Assembly: GCF_009914755.1 (NCBI RefSeq)
Contig: NC_060931.1
Reading direction: 5' to 3' (one strand)
DNA from: the human T2T-CHM13v2.0 reference genome, Homo sapiens
DNA: 64,000 bases
Shown here: one piece after another, positions 24,371-41,196 of the stretch
Layout of the letters: each line of letters starts with the position of its first letter
How positions within the stretch are numbered: position 1 is the stretch's first letter
Position numbers and translations under genes: made by a program
Notes under the pieces: model-generated
The model's input: only the letters and a program-made list of their open reading frames with translations
What the model was told of the DNA's origin: nothing
The model's database searches: none

Positions 24371-27300
24371 ATGTCCAGGATGAGCAAACGGAGTGATGTT
24401 TGAACATGTCATCCGGGAAAACTACACACAGGGGCAGGCTCACAGCCACTTTTTCCCCAGCTGATCTTGCTTCCTCTGTTACCAAACCACCCTCAATACA
24501 GCCTCGCAAACTGAGCAACAGAGGAGGGGGAACACAACTAATACCCCATTTGGCAGGCTGGCTGAAGGCTGTTGAAGAAACAGCAGAAACACCTGGTAAT
24601 CCTTGCAGGCATCACCCAGGCTGCGGGCCGGAGCTGTCATGGGACAAGCAGGAGGCTGGAATGGAGCTGGGATGGGAAGGAACACAGGCCATCAGCTTCC
24701 CAGGCCCCACGTTAATTGTGTAATATCATCACAGCAGGGTAGGATGCCCTGTGAGGGCACCTGACAGGTGTTCATCACATTCATCAGCATTGCCCTACCA
24801 ACGACCGTATTTACATCAGGCATAAATGCAGTTTACCGCACTCTGTGAGAACTGGGGATTAATAGCTCCGGTCCAGCTAGATTCTGATTTCCTTGGTAGG
24901 AGGAGGCAGAACAGCACACATCTTGACTGAATAATCGTGCATTTTGCATGGTTAATAATTCTGAGAGCAGGAAAGCTACCTTCCTAGGATCACAGAGAGC
25001 TTACTTTCTTTTCTACGAATCTTTGAAAAACCAAACAGATGGGATTTTACCTTAAGAGTTAGATTGCACTCTTACACTGTGCTGTTCAAATTATGAATTG
25101 GCCTCACTTGGATGTTGGACTATTGATTATCAACTCTGGCAAGCTCTTTATTCAGAATCTTAGGACATGCACATTAAAAGAAAAAATCCTCTCTTTGACC
25201 TGGTTGCCACCAATGTGTATCTACATAGGATGAAAAAATGCATCACGTACTCAGAAGAACGGGCTGCAGCCCCGGAGCCCCAGTCCTTCTGCCAGCTCTG
25301 GAGCAGGGGGAGCTCCTGGCTGCACCTGAGGTGTCAGTCTCCAAGAACCTGAGCCCTTTCCACACGCATGGCTCTGTTCTAGGCACTCGGGGGAGCTCAA
25401 ACAGAAAGAGAGTAAACCTGCTGCTGTTCAGTCAGAGACCCAAGTCATACTCACAAATGATCAAGCTAGTGAACTGGATGGCATTTTCACAGCTAGATCT
25501 TGTACTGCAATTATAGATTGTCACCATAAAGCTTTTGAGAGCAATTTAATAGTTAATAACATCCTAATTCTATGATGTGAGTAATCTGTGCTCTGAGAAC
25601 GGCCTACATATAGGCAGAAGAACCATGAGGAGCTCTCAAAGAAAATGTGCCATATATTCAGGCACCTGGGGAGTGGTTGTAGAAAGTGTGACCTTCCAAG
25701 GCAATTGATTTTGGTTGTTCTTTAAAGGATCACTCTAGCAGTCCGGTCATTCTTATGGGTCCTCTGGTCTAGATGCCCCTCATGGAGGATCTTCTAATCT
25801 TGCATTATTAGAAATGGCAGCTAAGTGGATTATGGATGGAAACTTTCATGTTGTAAAAACACACCACCAGAAGTCAACCATTCTTATTTTGCCCACGTAT
25901 TAATGCTATTTCCAAAACTGCCCGACAGCTCACGGGTGTAGGGGTTTAGGGGTCTATATTCCTTGTTAGACTCAAGCTCCTTGAAGGTAGGGAATGTGTC
26001 TTACTCATTACTGTATCCTCAGTTTCTTGCCCCATTGTGCAAGCTAAATAAACAATGAATGAATCAATGAATCAATGATGAATAAAAGGAAATTAGTTAA
26101 ATTCCCCTTAGATAGCAATAATTGTCCTTCTCACCCCAGGTTATCTACAGCCAGATACCATTTGGATTATTGAATTCCTAGGATGTTCCTTGCCTCTCTG
26201 ATTGTTTGCCATCTAATCATATCCACTCTTATGTTTTTATTTAACTTCTTAGTATACATACCTGATTCCCACCTTTAAGTATCCTAAAGGAACACAATGC
26301 CTTATCTTGCTTTCCCTCCGCCCTTGGCACACACCACCTACCACAACGTTGAACTTACAGTAAACGATCAAGGACAAGTTTCGGACTAATGCATTTGGAT
26401 GGAATGGCTTCTGTGGCTTTCAAACAGAATTCTAGATCTGACCTAGACCAGACCCAGATCCTGCCTGGATGTCAGGACTTCCCTGTCTCTAGAGAGGCAG
26501 CATGAACAGAGACACAATGCCGGGCGGATTGTTCTGACCTGGCTCCCAGACCCAGGCCAGGGGCCAGGGTGTGTGTATAAGGGCATTTGTATTCTGATGG
26601 CCTTTGTGGGTTTTTTAAACCCCAATTGTATCATTGATTTTTTTTTTGGCATTGACGTTAAGATTTTCATTCAATGGTGATGGATTTTAAAATTGCCCTG
26701 CCATGTGGGGTGTTACTAAAGCTCATGTGGATGAAGGCTGTTGAACGCCTGTGTCTGTGCTCACACTGGCTGCTTTGCTTTCCTTTCCTGCCTGACACGT
26801 CCTCTCCATCTTCCCCTTCTCCGTTGCCATCTTCCTGCCCTTGTCTCCTGCCAGCTTCCTCCTTTTCTGCACTCAGCCTTACCCTTTCTTCCCCTTATGC
26901 TTCCTTTCTGGGACTCCCAAACCCAACTGTGCTTTAGAGAAAGAGTCCTGGACTCAACGCCAGGGAAATGCATGCCCGTGTTCCTGCCTTGCTGCCTTCT
27001 ACTCTGACCTTGAGAAGGTTATGAACTCTTGGGCTTCCGTTTTGCCATCTCTCAAGCCAGTGAGTTAGACCATGGATGAAAGACCGCCCATCCTAGGATT
27101 ATAAACTGGGTAAGATTTGCATCAATGTGAGTCTTCACACTGATGCTGGCTCCAGGTTTCCTTTCTCCACTGTGAGCTGAGTTAAAAACTCTCTATTAGG
27201 AGGCATTTCACATACCATTGTCGAGGAGGTGGGAAATAACAATTCCATTCATTTGCCAAGTAGAAAAGCCCTTGCCTTCTTGGTTCATTCAGCAGAGGGA

Positions 27301-27402
27301 AAAGTAAGCTAGGCGGAGGCAGGAATGGCCTTTATTTGCAAAGGAGGCTGTGCCTCACTGTTCTTCAACAGGATGCCTAATGAGTTAGAATTTGAGTAGC
27401 AT

Positions 27403-27690
27403 GGCTGGGTGCAGTGGCTCACGCCTGTAATCCCAGTACTTTAGGAGGCTGAGGCGGGCAGATCACAAGGTCAGGAGTTTGAGACCAGCCTGGCCAACAT
27501 GGTGAAACCCTGTTTCTACTAAAAATACAAAAAAATTAGCCAGGCATGGTGGCAGGCACCTATAATCCCAGCTACTCAGGAGGCTGAGGCAGGAGAATCG
27601 CTTGAACCCAGGAGGCAGAGGTTACAGTGAGCCAAGATGTGCCGCTACACTCCTGCCTGGGTGACAGAACGAGACGCCATCTCAAAAAAA
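27403..27690 (+). mobile_element. AluSg-like element carrying a foreign 5' flank
   Basis: gatcacaaggtcaggagtttgagaccagcctggccaac; its 5' flank is identical to that of the Alu at 28946. Confidence 0.93.
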
Positions 27691-28762
27691 GAAAGGTTAT
27701 GCCTCACAGGTTCTGACATTCAGTAGGATTTGCACTTTGGTGCATTTTTCTTTGTACATAAAACCCTCATCTCACTTTTAGAACAGTGCAGTACTTAACT
27801 TTTTCCAGGATTAGGTATTCATTTCAGTCATGAAAAAGAAAAGGGCATTTGACCCAAATTACAAAAACTATTGAAGTAAAACTGCCCTATTTTTTCCTTC
27901 ATGCTTTCATTGCAAAATGCAGTGACTGTCTGCTGCTGGATGAGTGTGTATTTGGGGGCTCTGAGGGATGGAGAAGGAGAGGCACGACTCGCAAGTGCCA
28001 GGAATTCACATTCCGCTGACGCGGGAACACGGGCAGCGTATAGACATTGTACAGACATTGTAAAGACATTAGAGCACAATTTTGAGAAAACGTGAAAGGA
28101 TTTCCACAAGTCTTTATGTCCTCTGTATATTAAGGTGTTAAGACAATGGATAGCAAGAGAAAGATGGGATTTTGTGGCAGAAACTTCCAAAAAAAAAAGT
28201 TGACATGGAGCAGGTCCTCAAAGCAGGAGGCCTCAGAGTACTTTGTAGTTTAAGTAGGAGGGAGGACTCGGGTATCTGGAGATGGGAATGGAATTACCAG
28301 AGGAGAGGAGCATTGAAGAAATGGCGTCAACACTGAAGAATGTGCTGCTTTATAAGAATAATGAGCCCTTAAATGCCAGTCTGAATCTTAGCTTGACAAA
28401 TGAGGCGAATCTGAACACCTTTGGGATAATAATAGCGCCTTGCTCTATTTGAGATAAAATCCATTTCTTCTGACTTCTGAAAGGAATTATTGTATTGGTC
28501 CATTTGTTTTATTTTAGGAAATTTTAAAATATGAGGTAGAAAAGTATAAAGTATTCTCCAAGTTATTAGCTAATAATTGGCTGATGTCACCCAGGTGGTT
28601 ATATAATAAACTGTCTCAGTATCATTAAATTCTAGAAGTCCAGAAGAAGAAGTCAAGGACTTCTTAGTATTTTGAGGCAGAGGGAAGAACTACAAAAAAA
28701 CCTCAGGGCAGGAAAATTGGACCTGTTGCAGGCCCTGAAAGCTGGTGTGATTTGAGTACAGT

Positions 28763-28860
28763 GAGAGAGAGACACAGAGACAGAGAGGGAGAGAAGACAG
28801 AGAGAGAGAGGGTGGGGAGACAGAGAAGGAGAGAAGACAGAGGGGAGACAGAGAGAGACA
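28763..28860. repeat. GA-rich simple repeat
   Basis: gagagagagacacagagacagagagggagag... Confidence 0.85.
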
Positions 28861-28945
28861 GTGGGGGCCAGTAGGGGAATGGAAGCACAATTGTGGGTTG
28901 GTGTCTCCTGGCTCAATGCCTAATGAGTTAGAATTTGAGTAGCAT

Positions 28946-29712
<767 letters not shown>

Positions 29713-31115
29713 AAACAGTTAAGAAAAAAAAGAGAAAATTTGGTAATTGTCTTCTGTACAGACTTCTATTAAAACAATGAAATGTTTATTTACCAAAATC
29801 AGGACCAAGTTACAGGCCAGTATTAATATATGAAACTGCTTGCGTTTCACATGTACACTTAAATTTCCAGTCCTGATTTTCATACCAAGAAACATGGCCA
29901 AGTCATCACTTCATAAAGGAAAACCGTTTTGGAAGGTAAAAAAGACAATTACTGTTTGAAACAGTCTAACATTGAACTTTAGATGTAAACTATGCCGAGC
30001 AAACATTTTTTCCAGGTAACGTTATTTGTTGCAGACAGCCTTTGGCCATTGTGTAGATCCCAAATGTGGTGAAATGGGAGCTCCCAGATCATTGCCCAGT
30101 TTCCAGCTGCCATCCCGAGTTTGTTGGTGTCACTGATTCCAAGAACAAAACACTGGTGCATGAAATTAACAACCTTATAAATAGATGACAGCACGTCTGT
30201 TAGACAAAAGGCTGCAGTTATCCCCTAGAAACAATCAAACACAATTCCAGTAAAAGTCTTGCCAAATACCTCTTTGTAATTCAAGGAACCTAACAACAGA
30301 CAATATGCAGTGCCTCCTTGTTTATGTTCTGGAACTCAGCGCTGCTGCAGTGTAACTGAGAACAGGCTAGTACAACCCACAGGCATCTTGAAGTGTGCAA
30401 GGAGGCTCAGAGAGGTTTATAGCATTGTTGTTTTGTTTTGTTTTTCATGGTTCTTTATGTCATTGTTTGTTTTATAAAGTGTTATTTATAGTATGTTCAT
30501 CCTTAGGGACTTTTCCTTGAAACCACCACCTTTAATGCTGATGATTGGTGTTCCCATGGACCTTGGGTTAAGGGGGCCAAATGGTATAGATGCCCTGGGG
30601 AGAGCTTGCTATTGGCCTTTGGGAGAGACCCTGCAGCAGTAGGTTTCAGCTCTCCCAGTGGCAGAGCTGGGTGATAACTGCACTTTCTTCTAAGGGCGAT
30701 ACATTTTGGGAATGTGCGTGGTGTGAGTTTTCTGCCAGCATCTTTATAGAGCAATGTGTACTTGCAAATAAATACAACCAAAGTCAACAAAAGAGCATAT
30801 TGATGCTTTGGTAGAGAACTCAGCAGTCTCCCCTCTCTGTAGCGTAAAATCCAGGGAAAACAAAGGCCCCACAATGGGGACAGATGGCCCCGCATAGGTC
30901 TAAGGACTGCCATTCCGTTTTAAAGTTATAAAGTACTCTCACACTGTTTACCTCTTTTATTTCACAAAACCACCGCATTAAGTGGACAGGGTAGAAGATA
31001 TTATCCTCACTTTTTATATGGAGAAAACGTGGCTCAGGTGACGAGGTGAATATTTGTGGGTAAGGCAAGAACTTTCTTTCTTTCTCAGTCAGTTCTCTCT
31101 ACTCAAGTGGACTTC

Positions 31116-31146
<31 letters not shown>

Positions 31147-31458
31147 CATTATACTTTAAGTTCTAGGGTACATGTGCACAACGTGCAGGTTTGTTACATA
31201 TGTATACATGTTACATATGTATACATGTTGGTGTGCTGCACCCATTAACTCGTCATTTACATTAGGTATATCTCCTAATGCTATCCCTCCCCCAGCCCCC
31301 CACCCCATGACAGGCCCTGGTGTGTGATGTTCCCCACCCTGTGTCCAAGTGTTCTCATTGTTCAATTCCCACCTATGACTGAGAACATGCAGTGTTTGAT
31401 TTTCTGTTCTTGCGATAGTTTGCTCAGAATGATGGTTTCCAGCTTCATCTATGTCCCT
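31116..31458 (-). mobile_element. L1PA 3' end (5'-truncated) with (ATT)n tail
   Basis: tatactttaagttctagggtacatgtgcacaacgtgcagg...agcttcatctatgtccct. Confidence 0.95.
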
Positions 31459-31755
31459 TCTAAGCTGACCCCACTCCTTCCTTTCATGGTAGGCACACAT
31501 GCACCGAGTAAAATGGCTGAATCTGGGCTCCAAAATGTTCTCTTCAGTCCCGCATGTTTTGGCAAACTTTCCTCTCTGCTGTGGCACTTCAATCCCGCTC
31601 TTCTCCATAAGGTCTATCCTTTTCTTCATAAAACTTTCTCATGGATGGCTCCAGTCCCAAATAAAGCTATCCTCCTGCTCCTGGCTTACTCCAATTTCCC
31701 AGCTCTTTTGGGAAATGTAAACTTTATGGTGTCATTATTCCTTTTATGTAACTTC

Positions 31756-32092
<337 letters not shown>

Positions 32093-32390
32093 TAAAATAA
32101 TAATAAGTAGCACTTTTGGGTGATTAATAGGTGCCAGGCACCATGTCAAAAACTTTCTGTCCAGTATCTCCTTTAATCTTCACAAGAAACCTATTGTGGT
32201 AACTCTTACACCATTTTATAGATGATGAAACCAAGGCTAAAGGAAATATGATGAAATGTCCAGGGTCACTCGGCTGGGAATTTGGGAAGCCAAGTTGGAA
32301 ACTCAGATCTACTAATTTTCAAAGCTTGCACTTATTTTAAAGTAATGGCATATTTGGTTTGTTGTCATAGTTTAATCATGAACTGTTTCA

Positions 32391-32729
<339 letters not shown>

Positions 32730-33329
32730 CCACTCACATCCAGAATGCTCAAATTTAACAAGTGTGATCTGTCTTGTTGAATGCGTCCAGGGTCTTGAAG
32801 GTGTGTATGTATGCTGATGCACTTGGATGACCTGTTGTAAAGTATGTCAATTAGGTCAAATTAGTTGATATTTTGTTCCAGTCTTCTATTTAATTACTTT
32901 TGCTGTGAATTACTGTGTAAGAAGTATTGAAATCTCTCATTGTATTTGGAGATTTGTCTAGTTCTCTTTTCAAATCTGTCACGTTTTGCTTAGTAAATAT
33001 TGAAGCTCTCACAGTAAGCACATATACATTTAGGATTTTCTTGTCTTATCATTGAATTGACCTTTTCATCATTATGAAATGTCCCTGGTAGTATTCCTTT
33101 GTCTCTGTTAATATTCTGTGTTCTTCAGTCCATTTGTTTGATAATAAGCCATTGCAGCTTTCTTTTGATTCATATTTGCCTGGTAGAACTTTTTCTATCC
33201 TTTTACTTCTAACCTCTTCATATGTTTACATTTAAAGTATGTTTCTTATAAATAACATGTAGTTAGGTCTTGCTTTTTTTTTCTTTCAGTGAGACAATCT
33301 CTATCTTTTAAAAAGAATATTTAGAGAAC

Positions 33330-33538
33330 AGATTAGCAAATTATGGCCCCTGAGCCTAATTTATCTTAGTGCCTATTTTTGTAAATAAAGATTTATTGGA
33401 AAACATCCATGAGCATTTGTTAGGTATTGTCCAAGGCTGTTTTTGTACTTCCAAAGTAGTTGCAATACAGACCGTATGGCTTGAAAAACCAAAAGCATTT
33501 ATTATATGTCCCTTTATGGAAAATATGTGCTGACTCCT
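33330..33538. mobile_element. MER58A (hAT-Charlie)
   Basis: agcaaattatggccc...tttttgtaaataaagatttattggaa...cagaccgtatggc...ccctttatggaaaa...tgctgactcct. Confidence 0.8.
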
Positions 33539-33600
33539 ATTTTAAATGTTACATTTGATGTAATTGTCAGCATGATTTAATTGAAATCTACCATTTGCTA

Positions 33601-33646
33601 TTAGGTTGGTGCAAAAGTAATTGTGGTTCTTGCCAGTAAAAGTAAT
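33601..33646. mobile_element. Half MADE1 (Hsmar1 MITE)
   Basis: TA + ttaggttggtgcaaaagtaattgtggttcttgcc matches the Hsmar1 TIR. Confidence 0.85.
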
Positions 33647-33976
33647 ACTTGTTTCTTTATGCTTCTCTCTTCTGATTTTTGGTTCAATTTTTCCTGTCCT
33701 CTTTTGGCTACTTGAGTTTCTTATTATTCCAATTTATTTTCACTGTTGGATTAACAAGCTCTTTGTTTTACTTTTTAATGGTTGATCTATGTTTACAATG
33801 GGCATTTTTAAGTTATCACAGTTTATCTTTGATTGATGGACCACTTTTGGTATATCGTGTAAAAGCCTACAGCAGTATTCTTCCATCATTTCACCATACC
33901 ATCCTTTCTGATATTTTGTTGTTCATTTCATTTCTACATATGTTTAAATCCCATAATACATTGTTATTATTTGTAG

Positions 33977-34354
<378 letters not shown>

Positions 34355-34374
34355 TATTTCTTAATTCTTAATCC

Positions 34375-34463
34375 TTTTTTTTTTTTTTGAGACAGGGTCT
34401 TACTCTGTCACCCAGCCTGGAGTGCAGTGGTGCGATCTCTACTCACTGCAACCTCTGCCTCCC
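34375..34463 (-). mobile_element. 5'-truncated Alu inserted beside the neighbouring TSD
   Basis: polyT followed by gagacagggtcttactctgtcaccc...; flanks tcttaat[c/t]cttttt. Confidence 0.9.
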
Positions 34464-34993
34464 ATCTTAATTCTTTTTTATAGAAACGAATTTCCTCTGG
34501 CTTTATTTTCTTTCTGTCTGAAGAATTTATTTAACATTGTAATGCTGGTCTACTGGCAATGAATTCTCTCAACTTTTGTTTATCTGAAGAATTATTTCGC
34601 TTTCATTTTTTAAAGTTTTTTGCTACATAAAGAATTTCAGGTGGACATTATTTTTCTTTCAGTACTTAACTATATCATTCCTTGTCTTCTGGCTAGCTTA
34701 GTTTCTGAGGGGAACTCTATTACCATTCTCATCTTTTTTTCCTTTGTGTATATGTTTCTTTTCTCTCTTGACTCATTCAAGATTTTATCTTTATCTTTGA
34801 TTTTCAGCAGTTTGAATACAATGTGCATAGATGTCATTCTCTTTGTATGTAATTTGTTTAGAGTTTGTGAACTTTGCACATCTGTTTTTGGTAGTCTTCC
34901 ATTCAGCCATGATTTCTTCATGTGTTTCTTCTGTCCCATCCTCTCTTGTTTTTCCTTCGGGGTCTACTCTTACATGGATATTCGGCCATTTTA

Positions 34994-35313
<320 letters not shown>

Positions 35314-35384
35314 TCAGGCTCTGGACTCTCTGTTCTTCTTTTATTTACTTATTTACTTTTTCTTCTTTTCTCATAAATATAATG

Positions 35385-35678
35385 TTAAGAAGTAGAAGTC
35401 AGACATAAAAGAATAAAACTATGATGGTTCCATATCTGCAAAGTCAAAAAATGCCCAACTAATCTATGAAAATAAAAGTCAGGTTCGGATGTAGGGTTAG
35501 AATGTAATGATTGATAGGTGCACGTGGGATTTCTTAGTGTCTGATAAAGTTCTGTTTCTTGATTTGCATGGTTGTTAGACCAGGTGGGTTCACTGCAAAA
35601 CTTCATGGAACTGTACACATGATTTGTGTACTTTTTCTGGACATGTTATTCTTTTACTTAAAAGTTTATTTTAAAAAT
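35385..35678 (+). mobile_element. Old L1 (L1ME/MC) 3' end
   Basis: agaagtcagacataaaagaa...ctaatctatg...ctgtacacatgatttgtgtacttt. Confidence 0.65.
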
Positions 35679-35679
35679 C

Positions 35680-38230
35680 AAAAATAGCTTTCCGTGTGTT
35701 TTTCTTCTAAAAGTCATACATTTTGTTTGGGTCCATAATCTTTTCAGAATGTATTTTTATTTATACTCTGGAGAAGGTAAGTTTATTTTTCTCCTACAAT
35801 AATAGTCAACTCTTCATCATGAATGTTGCATCATTTCCTGGTAGTTTTTATCATAATCTTGGCCATGTATGCACGATCCTTTTCTCGTCTTTCTCTTCTG
35901 TTCTATTTATCTATCCTTACACAATACCACACATTAGACATTCTATAGCTTTATGACAAATCTTTGCACCTGATATGGTCAGTCCCTTCTAATTCTCTTC
36001 TTTAAAAATTGCCTTGGCTATTATTTGCCTTTTACTCTTACATGTAAATCAGGAAACAGCTTTTAAATTTTATTAAAAATCCTATTGAAATGATATTGAA
36101 TTGAGATACTAAGTTGGAGAGAATTGACTACTTTATGATGTTGAATTATCCCATCCTGGAATATGCTAGATAATATAAGCACAAAGACTTCTTTTAAGTC
36201 TTCTAATAAAATGTTATAATATTCATCATAGATGTCTTAAATATAATTTAGAATAATTACTTCTGCATAATTTTAAAATAGGGTAAATTAGTGCTTCTTT
36301 TTAATCACACACTTTGCATTGAGTGTTACCAGTGAAAGGAAATGCTAAAGACTCATTAGTAGGAATCTTGTATATAGTGAAGTTACCATTTTCTTGCTAA
36401 GTTCAAATGGTTGGATTCTCTTGGATAGTCTATATGGACATTTGTAAACAATGACGGTTTTGTTTCTCCCCGTCCTTGCCTATCTCTTTTGTTTGTTTGT
36501 TTTGTGTCTTCCTACACTGGCTACTCTTTTCCATCCAATGTTAGCCCAGAAACCATGACAGCATGCACTTTAGTCTTCCTCTTAATTTAAAATGAATATT
36601 TCCATATTTTCATGCCTAAGTGTGTTTTCTGTATGCTTTGGTATCTCTTTTTTTTTTGAGAAGATTAATATAGATCTCTTCTATCCCTTGTTTTAATTTT
36701 CATATTTTGAATTATAAATATGCACTGTGTTTTCAAAGAATTTATTTTTCTTTGCATATAGAGGTGATCGTATTGTTCCTTTTTGTTTAATCTACTACTA
36801 TAATGATTTACCTAAATGAAATGTCCAATATTAAACCAACCTTGATTATATTCCTAAAATACACCTTATTTAAATATGTTATTCTTTTTTAAATATACAT
36901 TGACAGATGTACTTTCAGGGTCCTCATCTTTATTTGTACATTTTTAGTCAGTTTTACGAGCAAGAGGGTATCTGTTCCATCTGAGCTTGATCCTCTGATG
37001 ATTCATTAATTCCTTTTAAACTACTGTTTCACTTCCTTTAATGGTTATACTTCTATTCAGGTATATTTCTTCCTGAGTCAATTCTAAGATTTGTTTAGAA
37101 AATTACCAATTACATTTAAATGTTCAAAATTATTTAATAAAGTTTTGTATATTTTCATATTATATTTTTCTACTAATTACATTTTCATTTTCTGTCCTTA
37201 TAGTGTTTGTCCCTTTTCTGTTTTGATCTTGATCAATTTTTATATAATTTTGCATGTTAGTACTATTCTCAAAGACCTATAGTTTGGTTTTCATTTTCTC
37301 TTTTTATCTTTGCTTAATCTCTCATTAGTACCTACTCTTATTGATTGATTCCTTCTTTCTGCTATCTTTGCATTTAATCTATTTTTAAATTTTTAAGATA
37401 AAATATGGCACATTTATTTTCAGTTTTCTATCCTTTCTATGAAATAATGGGTACAAATTTTTCTCTATTATTTTAGCTGGATCTGTGAGTCTTGATACGG
37501 AGTGTTCATTACATTCAATGCTAAATATTTCATATTTTGCATTATAATTTTTTACTCATGTGTTATTTTGTTTCCGAATATATGCTTTATTTACCCTTTT
37601 CACAAAAAGTTGTTGATTATAATAAATTAGGAATTTTCTTAATTTATTACAATACAATCAAGAGTTTACTCAGTTTGAGATGAAATTTCTGTATATTTGA
37701 GACTTTGTATTTGATCAATTTTCATGACAAGGATTAATTTATAACCATTGAAAGAGGACCCTTCAATTGGCCACTGGCTTATTAGTTATATTGTTGCAAT
37801 ATTCTCTATCCTTACTAGATGTTAGTCTCTATGACCTATCAGTTTTTGAGAGCAATGTATTAAACATCTTATAATTCTATACACTTTTGCCTTATGTATT
37901 ATGAGGCCATGTTGCTAAATGCCTACAAGTTCAGGATTGTAATCACTTCCTGATCAATTATTTCTTTTTATCATTAACTCTCCGTATTCCTAGCAATGAA
38001 ATTTGTGTGTCTTTTTGTTTCCATTTCTATTTTCTCAAAGTTATATTTGTCTGCTGGGAGTATAATTGCACTAGTTTTTGTTTTCCTTTTGGTTATTTGC
38101 CTGGAATGTGTTTACCTAACCCTTACTTTACACCTTTCTTGGCCCTTATGATTTAATTATGTCCTTCCTGAATTGCATATGTTTTTAAACATCTAACTTA
38201 AAGGAATTTAACCTGCCTATAATTAGTATG
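35680..38230 (-). mobile_element. Highly diverged L1M ORF2 remnant
   Basis: T-rich; aaaaattgccttggctatt, ttggagagaattgac, tattaaaccaaccttg are antisense ORF2 motifs. Confidence 0.65.
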
Positions 38231-38234
38231 ATTA

Positions 38235-39554
38235 CAGTTGAATAACAGGTTTGAACTGTGCAAGTCCACTGATAAGTGAATTTTTTACAATATTTTAGAA
38301 TAATTTTTGGACACTTATGACAATTTGAGAAAACTCACAGATGAACTGAGTAGCCTAGAAATATCAAAACAATTAAGAAAAGTTAGATGGTCATAAATGC
38401 ATAATATGTAGATGCTAGTCTTTTTTGTTATTTTCTTCTATAAAATATACACAAATTATAAAAAGTTAAAATTGATCAAAACTTTTATACACACACATAC
38501 TTATAGACTGTACATGGCAGCATTCACAGTCCAGAAAAATGTACATAAATGTAAAGATACAGCATTCAACCACAACTGCGTAAGATTAACTGTGGTGCAT
38601 ACTGTACTGTTGTAATAATTTTGTAGCCACCTGCTGCTGCTATTATGGTGAGCTAAGTGTGGTAGATTGCAAGTAGCTGCATGAAATGCCACGCGATGCC
38701 AATCATCTCCACATGAGCAGCTCATTTCTCCAGTAAACTGTGGATCACAGGAAAAAGTGATCTCTCACGTATTTTTCCTCATGGGTAGTGCAATACAGTA
38801 AACCTTAAATAAAACTATGGGACACATATGAAGTGCCACTAGTAATGCTGGGAGTGTTCCCATGAAGCAGAGAAAGTTAGGACATTGCAAGAAAAAGTTG
38901 AGCCGGGCGCGGTGGCTCACACCTATAATCCCAGCACTTTGGGAGGCCGAGGCAGGCGGATCACGAGGTTAGGAGATTGAGACCATCCTGGCTAACACGC
39001 TGAAACCCCCCGTCTCTACTAAAAATACAAAAAATTAGCTGGGCATGGCGGCGGGCGCCTGTAGTCGCAGCTACTCAGGAGGCTGAGGCAGGAGAATGGC
39101 GTGAACCCAGGAGGCCAGAGCTTGCAGTGAGCCGAGATCGCGCCACTGCACTCCAGCCTGGGCGACAGAGCAAGACTCTGTCTCAAAAAAAAAAAAAAAA
39201 AAAAAAAAAAAAGGAAAGAAAAAGTTGAATTGCTTGATGGGTACTATAGAGTGAATGGTTACCCACCATGTTAGACAGACGATTCATCTTGTAAACAGAA
39301 AACATGAACTTATTATAGTCCTGTAAATGTATTTTCTTTTCCTTATGATGTTTATAACATTTTCTTTTCTCTAGCTTGCTTTATTGCAAGAATACAGCAT
39401 ATAATACCTATAATGTGCTAAATATGTGTTAATTGACTATGTTATTAGTAAAGCTATTAGTAGTTAAGTTTTGGAGGAGCCAAAATCATACATGTATTTT
39501 TAACTACACGGGAAGTTGGCATCTCTAATCTTTGTGTTGTTCAAGGGTCAACTG
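38235..39554 (+). mobile_element. Tigger2-family internal-deletion derivative, interrupted by AluY
   Basis: TA|cagttga... and ...ttgttcaagggtcaactg|TA termini. A transposase N-terminal relic (KQRKV.TLQEKVELLD) is split by the Alu. Confidence 0.85.
38901..39212 (+). mobile_element. AluY
   Basis: ccatcctggctaacac, gagaatggcgtgaaccc, CpG-rich; TSD aagaaaaagttga. Confidence 0.95.
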
Positions 39555-39585
39555 TACTGGTAAACTTGAACTATTCCTAAAATAA

Positions 39586-39901
<316 letters not shown>

Positions 39902-39904
39902 TAG

Positions 39905-40258
<354 letters not shown>

Positions 40259-41196
40259 GATCATATGTTCTTTGTTGCTGTTTTCCTTTCCAGTCATCCC
40301 TGTACTCATTTCATGTTATTGCTCTTGGGTCTTTTGATTCCATCATTTTAACCTTCTGTCAATTAGTCATAATAATCATTACTGATTTATACAGCTTAAT
40401 TTATACATATTCAATAATTGATTGCTAATCGTTGACAACTACCCCTCCCTTCTGAATTTGGTCACCTTTAGGAGTCATCTCCGTGAATATCTGTGACTGA
40501 TAAACTGCTTCAGTTCAGGTAGATGGAATTTTCTAGTTCCAGTCCCGTTTTCAAGAAAGTTTAATCTATGTATGGGTACTGGCTTTATTAAGGGTCAACA
40601 GTTTTAGATCCTAACCCCAGGAGGGCCCAAGGCACTCACCCTGTTTCTGTGAGGTCATCACAACCTCAGACCCTAGGCCTGTATTCAGACCTGCTGCCCC
40701 ACTAGCTGCCCAGACTTTCGCCAAAACTCAAATGTTCTCATCGTGAATTTATCTTCACTTCTGGCATCTAGATATTTCCCTTATTTCGCACTTTACGTAT
40801 TCTCGAACAGTTTCGTTATGTTGTATCCATGTGTACGTAATAGGAGGGTATTCTCTGTTAACTTAAAACAGCATGTTGCAGGAACCCAGTACTATCTTTC
40901 TTTGCATTGCCCATGCAAGTGAGCCCTGCAATATAACCATCTTGTCTGCTGAGACTTTCTTACACATTTTCAGAGTATTTTCTAAAGAAGTCATCACATC
41001 TAAGATGCAAGCTTACAAGCGAGTTCACTAGGGGATTTACTCTGTAGACATGTTGATTTTGATCTAAATTTAATGCCCTTGTTTCTACAACTGTATTTGT
41101 TTACTCTTTTGTGCCTGTGGTATAATACACTATCTTATACTCTCAAGCATTTCAATACCTCTTCCAGTGTTTCTAGATCACTCTGTCTCTCTCATT

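Noticed and set aside
34670-34939. ORF with L1 ORF1p similarity
   Set aside because: A decayed fragment of an ancient L1, recorded as a mobile element rather than a CDS.
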